Source of the DNA: Psammoneis japonica
Lineage: Eukaryota
Reading direction: 5' to 3'
NCBI GenBank assembly: GCA_008632985.1
Contig: QPGO01000047.1
Span: 422,212-486,211 of the forward strand
Length of the DNA: 64,000 nt
Part shown: one piece after another, positions 62,401 to 64,000 of the stretch
Layout of the letters: each line of letters begins with the position of its first letter
Position numbering within the stretch: the first letter of the stretch is position 1
The notes under the pieces: model-generated
What the model was told of the DNA's origin: nothing
The model's input: the letters and a program-made list of their open reading frames with translations, nothing else
The model's database searches: none
Translations under genes and position numbers: made by a program

Positions 62401-64000
62401 GTTGCCTTCAAGCCAAGTCAATGGTGTCCCCACAGTGTGGACTTGATGGTGCAAACCTTTCCTCAAAATGGTTGCATCTGGTTTGAGATGGCAAGGTGGC
62501 AGCAACAGCAGCTGTTGGCAAGTCAAGCAATGAGGTTTGGCCTGGTGTTTGAGTCAATGAATCAAAATGCACAGAGGCACAGCAACATGAGGAGTTTGCA
62601 GAGCAGGTTTTTCAAAATGGAAAAGTGCCGCAGGCGGGAAATCCTGTGATTGAAAATGTCAATGCTGCATTGAGTGACATGTGGAGAAGTTCAGAATTGC
62701 AGTCAGGAGGAAGGAGGAGCAACACACAAAATGGAGGGGCTTTTTGCAGCACAACTCCAACTTGCACACACTCTCAGGCCACCCCCTTCAAAAGGGTTCA
62801 GCATCAATTCTGCATCATCAAGTTTGACACCTCCTCCCTGTGAAGAGTCCCTGGATTCCTGCAAAGTCAACCAAGAGCTGCGCTTTTGGATGCAATCAAA
62901 CCAACAAATGCACCGTGGGACGTTTGCGCCACAACATCAGTCCAGCAGATGCCAGAGGCCATTTTCTTCTCATTGCGATGCTCAACAATCCCAAGAACAA
63001 TCAAGGTCAATGATTGGCCCAAAACAATTGTCATGATTTGGTTCATCTTGTTTTCACTGTCACCCCCATTGATTTTTTGTTGATTTCCTTTAAGCAGTGC
63101 AGGGGCAGGTGCAAGTCAGAGCTGCGCTCACTGCCACGCATGGCTGTCTCCTCCAACTCCACTTCTGTCAACAGAGACAGACGTCAATGGCTGGAACTGT
63201 TGTGCTGTTTCCAAGGTGCTTTTGTGTCAAAGTGTCCTCTGCCAATGAGCCACTCAATCTCAATCCTTTTCTGGAAAGAGCTCAAAAACAATTCTGGATG
63301 CCGTTGGACATGTTCCACACAATGTTGGCCTGTCCAAGCACCCCACAGGAGTCCTGTCATTGCAGGTGGCTCCAATGCACAAACTGTGGGTTCCAGCAAA
63401 ATGATGGGAGTCTTTTGTGTGCAGACTTTGGACAAAACACAGAAACTTGGTGCTGCCGAAAATGGCGCAAGAGCACTGTGAGATGTGCCACACAAGTTGT
63501 GGGGTGCCTTCTGGAACAAAATCAAGATTCAGATGCTGAAGAAGCACCAAAAGTTTTTGGTGTGTGTGATTCTAGTGTGTTGCACCACCCAGGCAGCACT
63601 TGTCTTTGAGCAACGTGAAAAGAGCAAGAAACCCGTGAGTTCTGCAAAACTTTGGAGTCTCAGGCACCGCAACAGAGTGGTGTTGTCTCAAGTGCATGGC
63701 ATTTGAAGCTGATGGAACACCAAGGCACTTTGGCAAGACTCTGCTCTTGCTTTTCACTCCACAAGTGCTGGCTTTTTATGATCAGTTTTCCTCATCTTGA
63801 TTGATTTGCACCATGTCCAAGACATCGACTGCCACACTTGAATTAAATGAACAGACAGGTCTCTCCAGGAAATGCTTGCTGTTCAACTCAAAACCCATTG
63901 AGGCTGCAAGATTTGCTGGGCTGCCGCCATGGTCAATCCACACAAGAATGGAAGAGGGCAGTGTCTTGGCCATTTGAAAGGACACTCAGTGGACTCAGCC

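Larger units (their letters stand above)
55850..64000. other. TpA-depleted domain 4, interrupted by TA-rich MITE Y
   Basis: TA is nearly absent except at 57936-58330 and partly at 56690-57090. CG is also scarce beyond ~59800. Confidence 0.9.

Noticed and set aside
1..64000. Alternative genetic code or RNA editing as the explanation for Tyr->His/Cys
   Set aside because: Neighbouring genes use Tyr and TAA/TAG normally. Non-coding LTRs are affected, and changes occur on both strands and differ between the LTRs of one element.

Overview
Eukaryotic genomic DNA, most likely from a diatom (type III metacaspase, DUF6824-like gene, CoDi-like Ty1/copia elements). The window alternates between two sharply bounded sequence states. 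Ordinary domains (~11.1-25.6, ~30.4-37.6 and ~49.5-55.8 kb) hold an intact type III metacaspase, two tandem toxin-like ADP-ribosyltransferase genes, hypothetical ORFs and conventionally decayed pseudogenes. Repeat-rich domains (~1-11.1, ~25.6-30.4, ~37.65-49.5 and ~55.85-64 kb) have lost almost every TpA dinucleotide. Conserved Tyr codons there read His or Cys, and three LTR copies show TA, CA or TG at the same sites. An unmutated empty-site paralog and a mutated primer-binding site give the direction TpA->TpG/CpA, i.e. A:T->G:C on either strand. This looks like a repeat-targeted hypermutation process with the opposite polarity to fungal RIP. It spreads into neighbouring host genes and outpaces CpG decay. 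The mechanism cannot be read from this window. Most Cys/His-rich ORFs in the track are artefacts of lost TAA/TAG stops. All counts and alignments were done by eye.
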